Positions 23,831 through 36,258 of a stretch of DNA of 64,000 nucleotides are shown here, piece after piece. The DNA lies in NCBI RefSeq assembly GCF_001194135.2, contig NC_068982.1, forward strand, positions 96,434,022-96,498,021. The letters run 5' to 3'. The notes below the pieces were generated by a model. It did not search any database. It was not told the origin of the DNA and saw only the letters and a list, made by a program, of their open reading frames with translations. Source of the DNA: Octopus bimaculoides. Its lineage: Eukaryota. Each line of letters begins with the position of its first letter. The stretch's first letter is position 1. The position numbers and the translations under genes were made by a program.

Positions 23831-26269
23831 TATTCTCTTCTTCATAAATATCAAGATGAAATCAAAGTGTGTGTGTGTGTGTGCGCATATGCACGTGCAC
23901 AAGCAGGCATTCAAGTCTCCAATTTGAAGATAACTTCTCCTTTTCCTCTCACCAGATTTGGAGATCTGCAAAAAAAAGAAGTCATAACTGTTTGCTCTTG
24001 GACTACCTATTCATGGATCAGATGCTCAAATTCACTGCAAACATTTCATTGTGTTTTTTGTACTTAAATTAATATCTTTACCACATTTCATTTATTTTAG
24101 CAGCTCTGATCTTTTATTCTGAACTAATTCATAATATTTTTGATAAATCAATTTTTCTAATCAAATAGCCAACTTAAATTTTGACTATATTTTTGAAGTT
24201 CAGTATTAGAAAAATAAAACTAGGAGAAATTATGACAAACACAAGTTTATATCATTTGTTCCTATTTATGTTCCACCATTGTGATTGTTTAGAACTCTGC
24301 ATTGGATTTTCCATGTGCTTAATGATAATGGATCATCAGGGAACATTTTATTGCATTATGTTACAGAGAACTAATGTCTGGAATTGGATAGGTGGCGCGA
24401 CATTTACTTAGTATTTTGATAGAAGTAGAGAGAAAGCTAAGAGTAGAGAAAGATAAAGAGAGACAAAGAAACAAGGGAGAGAGAAAAAGCAAATAGAAAA
24501 AAAAGAAACAAAAAGAAGAGAGAAAAAAATAAAATTCTCGAGTCTTCAGAAGAAAATTTAACTTGCTGTAAAATATTTCTGCAGAAAAGAATTTACCAGC
24601 TCATATATCTTGGATGGTACAGCTACTACTGGCACAAATATTGTCAATTACATTCTCTACCTCCCTAAATGCTAACTGATTGATTGGCCAAGATTCCTTT
24701 ATCATTATCTTACAACCACTGATGCACAGTTGTACTTCTGTCCACTCTGATACACTTTCCTATTCACTTATCTTCTTCTTGTCATCCTTAATGTCTCCCT
24801 CCACCAACTTTACTCTAAACACTTTGATCAGTCCTAAAATAAGAAATCTAGAATTTTCTCTCTTATATTTGTCTTTTCTACAAAAAGCGTCAATAATATA
24901 CTTAAATTCCAATTGAACATCAACTCCATCAATCTTACAAGTCTCAAAAGAACCTGCAAAACTCACAGGGGCCATTCACTGTAACTAATTACAAAAATAT
25001 TCAACAGTGGAAGCATCCCAATTTAAACCTCCAATGGTCTGTCAGATTCGTTTTATACCAATGTTACATTATCTTATTTATGATTGTTCAGTATTTCTCA
25101 TTTGATAATATAATTTACACATGAATATACCACAATAATTACATAATACCCTGTGTAAATATATTTAGATAATTTTGGATAAAAATATATATATTTAATT
25201 TTGCTATAAAACAGTGTGTTTCAGCCAGTGAAAAAAACATATGAACTGAACAAATGAAGTGCAGCTACTTCGACCTTGTTTGATATCATTAACTTTCTTA
25301 TGAGCAAGATTGTGCATTCATTAGTTAGATTGGATACATTACATATAAACAGTATTTTTCATCCTTAATGCTACAGAACTAGCCCTTATGTTCTTGCAGG
25401 AATTTTGGAGACATTTTCGTTACTATTTAGTCCATAATTCAGTTAATTAATCATGCTATGTTTCCTCAGTCTCTGCACAAGAATTTTTGCATACTTATGT
25501 GCAGGCACTTACACACTCTCTCTTATTAATGGCATGTAATTAATACAACAAACCATTAACTCCTATAAAACTACAGACTCTTAGTTGGAAGATGAATGAT
25601 CTCCTTCTGTCTCTTTGTCTCTCTGTAGAAAACGTTCATTAAATTAACCTATTTTTTAAAATTAATACCAGATACATGAACAAAATGAACTTATTTCTCT
25701 TCTACCTCAAGGAAATAATTAAATAATTGTTAGTAATTAAAAAACAATCTATTGGAGTTTAGCAAGTTATTTTCTGAAAGTTGTTTTCAATCTTCATTAA
25801 TGCAGATGTTGACTGCAGTTTCCATAGTTCAGTTTGATTATATATATATTAGGGGTTACTTTAAATGCTTGTATGGAATTAATAAAAGGTTAGGGGTAAA
25901 GTGTAAGTTGAACTAAGATTAGTCTTAGGTTTAGAGTTTATCTTAAAGTTTCCGAATCAATGATAGGAAATAGTGTTATCTGTTTTGTTTTGGGTATTTA
26001 TACTCAGGTACTGTGTTTCTACAACTGTAAATACTATTGAAGCTGTCATTGCAGTGATTTCTATTACTATCATTACCTTAACTACTTCACTAAATGCTAT
26101 ATACATAACATTGCTGTATACACATAATTACCAGCATGGAAAAATACACATCAAAATGATTTGGCTACTATTTGTAGTAGATAGAACTATCTGCTACAAA
26201 TGGTTGCTGCATTTCACTCAAAGACAATATACCATTGTGCATAAAAAGATAATGCTGGTGACATTATTA

Positions 26270-26710
26270 TTAGCTGGCAGATTAGTTGTATTTCATCTGT
26301 CTTTTTACATTCTGAGTTCAAATTCTGCCAAGATCAAGTAGACATTTCATCTTTTTGGTGTCAATAAAATAAGTACCAGCTGAGTATTGGGTGGGTATGG
26401 GGCATTGTAATTGTCTAGCCTTCTCCCGCAAAAAATTTCAGGCTGTGCTTGTTGTAGAAAGGACTATTAGTATTCTTATTATTATTATTAATGTTAAGGT
26501 GGTGAGATGCAGAATCATTAACCAAATAATGCTTAGCAGCATTTCTTCCAGTTTTATGTTCTGAGTTCAAATTCTGCTGAAGCTGACTTTTTGTTTTCCA
26601 TCCTTTCAGGCTCAATAAAATAAGTACTGATTGAACATTGGGAATGATATAATCAAGTTAACTCCACCCTTGAACTTGCTGGCCTTTTGCCAAAATTTGA
26701 ATCATTATTA
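26270..26710 (+). mobile_element. Two tandem family C SINEs
   Basis: Repeated gctggcag...ttctgagttcaaattctgc...aataagtac separated by (ATT)n. Confidence 0.75.
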
Positions 26711-26922
26711 GCGCATGCCGAATGGTTTCATTGTTCTGCACACATCTCAGACAGTCCCACCTGATAACACTTCCATGCCTCTAGGGTTTGTCTCAAACTG
26801 GGAGTGCTCTAGACATATCTTAGACAGGAGCACTTCCAGTTTGAGATAAACCCTACAGGCATGGAAGCACTATCAGGTGGGACTGTCCAAGATACACACA
26901 GACAAAACCATTCTGCATGCAC
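26711..26922. repeat. Long fold-back (about 100-bp imperfect arms), MITE-like
   Basis: Core arms 26750-26809 and 26828-26887 about 85-90% complementary; outer gcatgccgaatggttt / aaaccattctgcatgc. Confidence 0.85.
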
Positions 26923-27749
26923 TCATGCAGTGTACACGTATTGCTGACTTGTGGAATTACAATGAACAGCTGTTATCACATGTGGGATGAATTTGACTAT
27001 TGGCAGGGCAGGTGATGTTCCTCTGTCTAGTAGCTATGAGGAAAGAGGTCGTGTTATTGGTCAAGGCTGAAAGGATTAAGGAAAACACATTCCTCTTCAG
27101 TCAAACTCTCATCAAATTATAATTATTATTATCATTAAAGCAGCAAGCTGGCAGAATCATTAGTGCATTGGATAAAATGCTTACTGGCATTCCTTCTGGT
27201 TCTTTATATTCTGGGTTATAATGCTGCTAAGGTTAAGTTTGCTATTCACCTTTTGAGGTTGATAAAGTTTTGCTATGGGTTGGCTGTGTGTATATCCTTT
27301 AGTTCTACATCTCTGTGAGATCTAATCACTTCATACTGGGTCTTTTGTTAACTTCTCTGTACTTTATGTATCTTCTATCATTGACAAATCCAGCAAGTAT
27401 TATTTGCAGTTCTCACCACTCTCAGTAATCTCATTTCCATTCATGGTTTTTTGTTTTTTGTTTTTTGGTTTTTTTAAAAAATAATCATCAGAGATCTTTA
27501 ATTTTCCTATACAATAATTTTAAGGCTTAAACTGATTGTCTAAAACAAGAACAGATCTCATGTTTTAACAGCTCATTTCAAATTTCTTTGGTTCTAATGC
27601 TTTCATATCAAACTGTAAAATCTTACAGAACCCCTTCCATTGCTGTTTTATTGATGAAGATTTGAACTTCTAAGTAAGGAAACAATAAAAATTACATAAC
27701 ACCTGATACAGATAAAATTTTGATTACTTGCTAGTACAGCATCACATCA

Positions 27750-28035
27750 TCATCATTATTTAATGTCCTCCTTCCATGGCTTGGGTTGGACAGTTTGACA
27801 AGCCAGACAGCTGCACCAAGCTCTATTTGCTTTGGTATGGTTTATATGGCTGGATACCCTTCCACTTCAGTGTCCTGATTTTTTACATGACACTGGCCCT
27901 AGTGAGGTTACCAAGTTACTCACAAGACAAAACCCGCTTGATTGAGGAGTTACCGTATTGAGAGAGATGGCTTTATGCCAGATGATGAGAGGTTAAATTA
28001 TGATAGAGGGACAGAAATAGGTGTCTTGCTGTAGA
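27750..28035 (-). mobile_element. Old RTE-tail repeat with (GAT)n-type tail
   Basis: catcatcattatttaatgtcctccttccatggcttggg = reverse complement of a family A-type 3' end. Confidence 0.6.
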
Positions 28036-28036
28036 G

Positions 28037-28252
28037 GAGCGCAGGCTACTAACCCCAAGATTCTGAGTTCGATTCCAAGCAGTGATCTGAACAATAATAA
28101 TAACATCGAAAAATACCTTAGGAATGAGAACCCAGGTTTGAAATATCCCCCAAGACACCTGAAGAAGGCTGGAGGGTATATCAGCTGAAACGTTGTGTTA
28201 ACAACAAACAAGATGAGGACAAATATCCGTCGAATGTAAATAATGTAAATAA
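28037..28252 (+). mobile_element. tRNA-head + (AAT)n + hammerhead SINE-like element (5'-truncated, A box lost)
   Basis: B box gttcgattcc at 28067-28076; (aat)n; body closely similar to 42405-42703. Confidence 0.8.
28154..28199 (+). ncRNA. Minimal type I hammerhead ribozyme motif
   Basis: GACAC-CTGAAGA-A-GGCTG(gagggtatat)CAGCT-GAAA-CG-TT-GTGTT: full core, stems I and II, palindromic ACGT helix III; predicted cut after 28194. Confidence 0.7.
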
Positions 28253-28523
28253 GTTCTCGGTAATCATTATCATCACCATCATCATTATCATCACCATCAT
28301 CATCATCATTCTTTTTTCCACGCTGGACAGTTTGACAAGTACAGATGAGCCAGAACAGAGTAGTGATTTATGAAATTTCAAACTCCAATGAATTGCTCCA
28401 CTCTACTTTCAGTATTGAGTACCTTGTTTTCTTCCTCTTATCTACATTACATAATCAGTCACTTTTTCCATTCATCCATCCATAAATCTACTTCCAATTT
28501 AATTGTATAGTTAAATATATAAA

Positions 28524-28558
<35 letters not shown>

Positions 28559-28886
28559 TCAGTATGTATAAATTTATTCAGTTTTCTTTTCATTTATCTT
28601 TTTTAGCTTCAACTATATAAACCATGCCGAAAAAGAAGTTTTATTTAGGTAAGTGATTGTTGTAAGCTGTAATTACTAATTGTCTCATATTACTAAACTT
28701 CCATAGAAGAAGCATGAATAAACTGAAATTAATGTAAACCCTTAAAAAAAAGAACTACATTTCTCTGTTAGCATTTAGTGATAGTGATCATTGTTTAGCT
28801 TCTGATCAACCATGATCAAATTGAACTAATATCAGAGGTGCTCCAGCTAAGATTATGCCATAATTTTTCTCAGACATATGCTACAT

Positions 28887-29267
28887 TGTTGGAACTCCGT
28901 CGCTTACGACGTCGAGGGTTCCAGTTGATCTGATCAACGGAACAGCCTGCTCGTGAAATTAACGTGCAAGTGGCTGAGAACTCCACAGACACGTGTACTG
29001 TTAACATAGTTCTCGGGGATATTCAGCGTGACACAGTGTGACAAGGCTGACCCTTTGAATTACAGGCACAACAGAAACAGGAAGTAAGAGTGAGAGAAAG
29101 TTGTGGTGAAAGAGTACAGCAGGGTTCGCCATCATCCCCTGCCGGAGCCTCATGGAGCTTTAGGTGTTTTCGCTCAATAAACACTCACAACGCCCGGTCT
29201 GGGAATCGAAACTGCGGTCCTATGACCGCGAGTCCACTGCCCTAAACACTGGGCCATTACGCCTCCA
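28887..29267 (-). mobile_element. Family D SINE, full length
   Basis: Near-identical to 13721-14103 and 60354-60740; TSD tatgctacat / tattctacat. Confidence 0.9.
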
Positions 29268-29707
29268 CTTATTCTACATAGGAGCATGTTATTCAATATG
29301 TTTTTAATACAGAAGGATGTGATTTGAGAATGATTTGGTTGTTATTTCTAGCCCTACAAGCCACTGTGTAGAAACTCGCTGCATTAGCTTATGGAGCCCT
29401 TAAGCAAAGAATTTTACTTTCTTCATACCATCACCATCCAGCTTTTAATTTAAAAAAAAAAATTTTGTTGTTTCTTTTTCAGTAAGGTGCATCCAGCACA
29501 CATTGGAGGTGGGAGAAGTGAAGGTGGTGATGGTGACAGTGGGGGAAATGTATATCTTCTAGTTAGGACCATAACACTTTAAAATGTTCTGCACTTTGTT
29601 TTTATAAGATATTGTTATGTTTGTATATATATACACATACACACATGCATGTGTATATGTAAGGATTGATTATATGTGCTTACATACCTGCATATCAATC
29701 TCTCTCA

Positions 29708-29739
<32 letters not shown>

Positions 29740-29912
29740 ATTTGATTAGCTGCAGTTGCTATACTCAGGTTTTCACCCCATTTAACAGTGGCATGTTTTT
29801 CTGAATTGGTTAAAGAACATGTTTGCTTTGTTAATTATTTGCACAGTATGAGGAGAGACCCCAGGTATCAACTAAATACAATCTAGCATCAATACACACA
29901 CACACATATATG

Positions 29913-29960
<48 letters not shown>

Positions 29961-30194
29961 CACACACACACATTCTAAGAAACAGACACCTTTACCCAAT
30001 TTGTATACACACCAACATAAACATATGAAACACAGATTTGAACACCAAATCCAGTGTACATAAACACACACATACACATACGAATACACATTCTCTCTCT
30101 CTCTCTCTCTCATTCTTATACATAATACACACACACACACAAACACACACACATCAGCTTTATTCTTTCATTTTGTTATAACTGACATCTATCC

Positions 30195-30198
<4 letters not shown>

Positions 30199-30286
<88 letters not shown>
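30199..30286. repeat. (CT)n microsatellite
   Basis: Directly visible. Confidence 0.95.
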
Positions 30287-30290
<4 letters not shown>

Positions 30291-30479
30291 TCTTCACCCT
30301 ATCTTGATATGTTTGTGTTTGTTGCTCTCTATTAATCAGTTAATTGACTAGGTTCAAGGTATTGCATAATTTCTATTGCAGAAATCCTCTGACACTAACT
30401 CACTCTCTCTCTCTGTCAGCTTCCCTATCTTTCTCTATACAAGTGTGTGTGCATGCACACTGTGAATACATAGGTACAA

Positions 30480-30650
30480 AACAAGGTGAAGAAAATAGTA
30501 CTGGAATATCAGGATTTTGTTGAAACTAAAAAGCTTCACAAACTGTTACTCAGAATTTCACATAACTGATCATCAGGCAGAAGTTTGATGGTCAGTTATG
30601 TGAAACACTGAGTAACAGTCTGGGAAGTTTTACAGCTTCAATAAAGCATT
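30480..30650. mobile_element. Penelope-like terminal fold-back with HHR-like arms, related to 14875-15037
   Basis: Arms 30542-30577 and 30584-30619; minus strand reads CTGATGA-tcagttatgt-GAAA-ttctga-GTA-acag; AATAAAGC in the flank. Confidence 0.6.
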
Positions 30651-30829
30651 ATATTATCATCATCATCATCATCACATCCACTTTTCCATACTTGCATGAA
30701 TCAACACAATTTGTTGAGCACATTTTTTACTGCCAGATGCCTGCCCCACCTGATATTTTTTCATGAAAGACTAGAAATGAATGACACCACTTATATGAGA
30801 GTGACTTGCTTACACATGCCAAAACAAGG

Positions 30830-31028
30830 GGACACAAACATGCATGCATACACACACACACACACACACACGCACACACATGCACACTAATGGGCTTCCT
30901 TCAGTTTCCATCTACCAAATCTACTCAAGGCTTTAGTAGAAAACACTTGCACTTGGTGCATACATTGGGACTGAACCCAAAACCATTTAGTTGGGAAGTT
31001 AACTATTTAAACACACAACCATACCTGC

Positions 31029-31091
<63 letters not shown>

Positions 31092-31405
31092 ACATATTTT
31101 CGTACACATACACACTCAATTTTTTATATGCTCCTGCCAACCTGACTGGTTCCTGTGCCTGTGGCATGTAAAAAGCACCAATCAAGCATGGTCAATGCCT
31201 GAGTCACCTGACTGACCCCCATGCCGGTGGCACATAAAAAGCACCCACTACACTCTCAATGGTTGTCATTAGGAATGGCATCCAGCTGTAGAAACCTTGC
31301 CAGATCAGATTGTAACCTGGTGCAGCATCCTGGCTTGCTAGTTCTCAGTCAAACTGTCCAATCCATGCCAGCATGGAAAGTGGACGTTAAACAATGATGA
31401 TGATA
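30830..31405. mobile_element. Family B SINE (-, about 30830-31030), (TA)n, older RTE 3' UTR (+, about 31125-31405)
   Basis: Matches to the family B and A patterns. Confidence 0.65.
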
Positions 31406-31989
31406 TATATGTATATAGATGCGTTCTTACATGTGTATGTATGTGTGCATATATCATATTCCCTTTCATCATCTGATTGCTCATCCCATTGTTTCATGGT
31501 AGCATTGACTTTACAATGAAACCATCTTCCTAACACTAGGATTGTTCATCAGAGTCCCAAGACAGTTTATATTGAAGTTAGACAGGTTTATTATTGAGAG
31601 AGGGTGGTGGGGAAGAGATTCACAAAGACAGTGTTAAGGAAAAAGTGTGACAAGAGGGAAAATAAAAAGTAGTGCTAAGGCTTGTGAGAGGAAGTTAGTG
31701 ATAGGACCAGGGGCCTCAGTTGCCTTAAAAATGTGAAGGGGACAAACCAACATTTGTTGAAACCTAAAGGAGCATGTTAGTATTGCTTATGGTGCCTTTC
31801 CCAGACCCTATCACATCAGTAAAATTTTACACTAATTAAATTTTTTCTATATTCAAATGAAGTTCAGATATAAAAAAAAAAAAAGCTTAAAAATAATTTA
31901 TTATATCAAATAAACAAAAAATTTAACATAGATGTTTGAATAATAAAATATAAAATAAATTTATTGTCTTTTAGAACTTTCCAAATATA

Positions 31990-32680
31990 TCATATCTTGC
32001 ATCATTGTTGTCAATAAATAATTTAGCAACTTCTTCACAACTAATCTTTTTTAAAACATCTCTATGCACATTAGAATATGATTCAACCTTTTCTAAGTCA
32101 TGGTCGATTGCAGCCAAGTTTTGAATCTCTGCAGAGTGCCAAAAGATCTTTCAGCTTCACAAGAACTAGTTGGAAACACTAAACGTAGCCAGAGCATTCG
32201 CTCAGCATTTGGAAACATGCGATGGACTTCTGGTTGCATTTCACTAAATATTTTACAATAATGATTTCTATTAAAAAGTATTTATTTCTTAAAGAAAGTT
32301 CATCAAGCTCCAGATACTGCATGATCACTTCAGCACAAAAATTTCCATTGAGTAAAACATTGCTCAGTTTTTCATAATCTACTAAATCCTGTAAAAAAAA
32401 AAAAATATCTTTCAGATTTGTTATTGCAGTATCCACTACCTGCAAATACTGCACTCTGTAATAATCTAAAACAGTGCAGTGTTGATATTTTAATGTATTT
32501 CCTTCCTGGTACTTTTAGGAACTTTTCGTTGCCTGGGTAGCTCCAAAGGAGAAATATTGAGTTAATAAATCATTCTTTCTGCTGTATTGAACAGCTCCTG
32601 AAATTTTTCTTCACTGCATAGATTTTTTAGCTCCTCTTGATACTATGCAACATGTCACCTGGATTGATGGTGGTACTTTG
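31990..32680 (-). pseudogene. hAT transposase C-terminal remnant (hATC dimerisation domain)
   Basis: EKFQELF..AE.MI..LNISPLELPRQRKVP, DYYRVQYLQVVDTAITNL, KRSFGTLQRFKTWLQSTMT.KRLNH. Confidence 0.8.
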
Positions 32681-33276
32681 TTTTTTAATTGGGAAAAAGT
32701 AGGGGAGACTTGTCCCTTGGTACCCCACTGAAACAATGCTCTTGAATAGGACAATTGAGAGGGTTGAATAGGAGGAAATGCAATGCTACTCCATGTTATG
32801 CATGGGTAGATAATGTGGTACTTGACAATTAAGAATTGGGTCATATTTTCAAGGTAACACCACCAAAAGTGCATTGCAACAATCAGGGAATCAGAATCAG
32901 GGAGGATGGTAAAAGCTGCCAGAGTAATCCCTCTCTGTTCAATGATAATAACCGAGGAGAAAGGTGGGGTAGCAGGCTATAGCTGGTGGAGGTGTGAAGA
33001 AGAGAAATATTCAGTGTGCACAAATTGAGTATTTTTCTTTCAGTTGTGAACAGCATAGCATGATGAGTAGAAGAAAGGATAAGAAAATGAGAAGGGACAG
33101 AATAGGCACAGTAATTGGGAGAGTAGATGCGGGCAGGGTGCATACACTACCCCAATATTTCAAAAAAGTATTTGGCCAAGCTTATATGTGAGATTAGGTC
33201 TTCTGTAGCACCAAATATCATCATAGTCACCTTGCATCTCCTTTATCAGTTGGGGCCCATTTTTCTTACTCACTTG

Positions 33277-33314
<38 letters not shown>

Positions 33315-34609
33315 TCTATACATACATACATACATACACACACATGTACATATATGTGTGTGTATATGTTTGTATGTTAACTTTGATGTTGGTTTGGTAT
33401 CATGAAAATATCAAAAGCACTTGATAAACATCTCTCGCTCTCTTTCTCTTTTTCTGTACACACACACACACACATTTTCTCTTCACATGGTCAAACATAC
33501 AAAGTAAGTTAAAACACATATGTACAATTTCTGTATAGTCTCCTTATTTTACTATCTCCAATCAAGTGTTGTGCACAAGTTCTGGTCTAATTGTTACAGA
33601 GAAGTCAGCTTTTGTAACTTACTAGAAATTTTGTTAATTATCTAAGTTTGTTGGCCAACTCAAGCTGACTTCTGTCTCTCTTTTTTTCTCTCTTCTCCTT
33701 CTGCTCCCCCCTCTCTCTCTCTCCCTCCCATTTTCTGAGTGCTAGTATGTGTGTAAACCAGTCAGTCTTAAAAGGTTTGTGTATATGTGTAGGGCTTGTT
33801 TCTGTGTTTGTTGGGTGTTATGTATTGTAGGAGAATTCTCTGGGAACTGTGTGTATGAATGTGTGCCAGTATTTCAGTTTTGTGAGAGAGTTCGTATAAA
33901 TTACTGTTCTGCTGAAGAAGATAAGTGTATGAATATGTGTGTCTCTTAGTGTATGTCAGTATGGTTGTCAGTGTCTGTGATCATGTTATAAATATATGAG
34001 TCAGTTATATAATATTGCTGTCTTATTTGAGGAAGATATCCAAAATACACTATAAGGTTTATTAATTTACTAGCTTAAAGCCACACTCCATGCAAACTTT
34101 TCAGCTATCTCCTATGGAGGGCTGATTAGGTCTGCAGCCCAAAACAAAAGAGAGCTAAATAGCATGACTATAATATGTCTATAATGACTATATGCCCTGG
34201 TGGTGTTTGATCAGTGGTTAAGGACAGATGAGAATTAATTCTGTAATGCAATCATTCTATTGTTCCAGTCCCAAATTGAATTCCAACTGTTGGCCAATTT
34301 GTCCCAAAGTTCTTATCTCGACATAAAAGTAACAAAGTGAATGTCATTTATCTCCTCCTTGATCTCTGACATCATCTGACAAATGTCAAGCAAGATGGTG
34401 TGAATCAGCGAGGCTTTACCTCCTAGAAATAGCAGCCCAAATGCTTTTAAATCAGATTTCAATGCTGGATGTTCAAGAACCAAATGAAGGGTAGATTTTC
34501 AATCCTGGGATCATGTATAATATGTTCTTGAAGAGCAAATGTAGACTGAGATATAGGGGTCCCAGAGAGAATTTCACTTTTATTAATTATAGATTAATCA
34601 ATTAAGGTA

Positions 34610-34825
34610 GCAAGCTGGTAGTGTTATTACTATGCTGGACAAAATGCTTAGCAGCATTTCTTCCAGCTCTTTACATTCTGAGTTCAAATGCCCCTATGGT
34701 CAGCTTTGTTTTTCATCTTTTCAGGATTGACAAAACAAGTAGCAGTTGAGCACTGGAGTCAATGTAATTGACATTTCCCCTCCTTTCAAAATTGCTGATC
34801 CTTGGCCAAGATTAGAAAGAATTTA
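34610..34825 (+). mobile_element. Family C SINE
   Basis: Family C pattern. Confidence 0.7.
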
Positions 34826-35078
34826 TTAATCAGTTTTGTATAAAATATTGCTTTGAAACAGTGTTAGTGTTGCTGTTGTGCTGACCTATCACATGGAAGT
34901 AGCTAACAAAATTTGTTGGTAATCACACATTTATCATCATATTTATAGAGTTGTACAGTATCCAATGTAACAAGTTTCTGCATTTGACAAACATTCTTAC
35001 TTTGGTTACACTGTCTCTATTGTCTGAATATTTCAGAAACAGTAGGTCCCTATTTTGAAAATGTTGGGGATTCTGTAA

Positions 35079-35115
<37 letters not shown>

Positions 35116-35405
35116 ACATATGAATTATGTGTATGTGTATGGTATGCATATGTAGTTCTCTCACAAAAATACAAGAACTTATCAATTATTCAAAATAAAG
35201 TCTTTTGCCTTAAAATAGCATTCATACAAGAAACACAAATGAGCTTAATGCAACCTTCTGTAACTGTAAGTTGAAGCATCCCCACTCATTTGAATTAAAC
35301 TCACTGACTCCATCCCAATTTGCTTCATTTGATTCACACCCACCATAAGGAATCTACTGAAATTTGAACCAGCATTCAACAACTGCTTCCATTTTGTCCA
35401 CTTTA

Positions 35406-35739
35406 GGCGCAGGAGTGGCTGTGTGGTAAGTAGCTTGCTTACCAACCACATGGTTCCGGGTTCAGTCCCACTGTGTGACATCTTGGGCAGGTGTCTTCTA
35501 TTATAGCCTCGGGCCGACCAAAGCCTTGTGAGTGGATTTGGTAGACGGAAACTGAAAGAAGCCCGTCGTATATATGTNNNNNNNNNNNNNNNNNNNNNNN
35601 NNNNNNNNNNNNNNNNNNNNNNNNNNNNNNNNNNNNNNNNNNNNNNNNNNNNNNNNNNNNNNNNNNNNNNNNNNNNNNNNNNNNNNNNNNNNNNNNNNNN
35701 NNNNNNNNNNNNNNNNNNNNNNNNNNNNNNNNNNNNNNN

Positions 35740-35788
<49 letters not shown>

Positions 35789-35990
35789 CTCTGTGTTTGT
35801 CTCCCCTAGCATTTCTTGACAACCGATGCTGGTGTGTTTATGTCCCCGTCACTTAGCTGTTCGGCAAAAGAGACCAATAGAATAAGTACTAGGCTTACAA
35901 AGAATAAGTCCCGAGGTCGATTTGGTCAACTAAAGGCGGTGCTCCAGCATGGCCGCAGTCAAATGACTGAAACAAGTAAAAGAGTAAAGA
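35406..35990 (+). mobile_element. Young family B SINE with internal (TA)n/(TG)n and an assembly gap
   Basis: Head ggcgcaggagtggctgtgtgg...gggttcagtccc; body ggatttggtagacggaaactgaaagaagcccgtcg; tail gactgaaacaagtaaaagagtaaa. Confidence 0.85.
35578..35739. other. Assembly gap (N)
   Basis: Ns. Confidence 1.
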
Positions 35991-36036
35991 GAGTTCTGCA
36001 ATCATAAAATGAAATTTATTTCAACTAAGACTTTAA

Positions 36037-36258
36037 CCCTTTAGCATTCAGATTACTCTGTCAAATTTCGAGCTTATTTATTCACACTGTTTTGAATTAG
36101 TCATGCATTATCTTGTAGCTTTAAGATTTTGATGGTGTGATAGTTTATTTTTAGAATGACATTGTAGTGAAGATGTGGGAGGCCAGATCTGGCTCATTTG
36201 AACTTCAAATGAATAGGATATTTTGGCTGAATATGGTTGGTTTAAATGCTAATATGGG
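36037..36258. mobile_element. piggyBac-type MITE
   Basis: TTAA on both sides; TIRs ccctttagcatt / aatgctaatatggg. Confidence 0.75.

Noticed and set aside
24600-25000. ORF 24760-24975 as a gene or LINE fragment
   Set aside because: No recognisable motif or splice signals.
25845-25950. Interstitial telomeric or Helentron-like TTAGGG motifs
   Set aside because: Only scattered imperfect ttaggg-like words, no array and no termini.
26755-26810. Hammerhead in the long fold-back
   Set aside because: Both arms read CTGATA(A/G) and ctcAAAc; G8/A9 and G12 are missing in both, so the ancestor probably lacked the core.
29502-29527. Additional micro-exon candidates (also about 52187, 59990 and 61173)
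   Set aside because: AG/GT pairs with short open frames are expected by chance in 64 kb; no independent support.
32700-33200. Penelope RT C-terminal remnant on the minus strand
   Set aside because: A single weak motif (FYSSCYAVH); insufficient.
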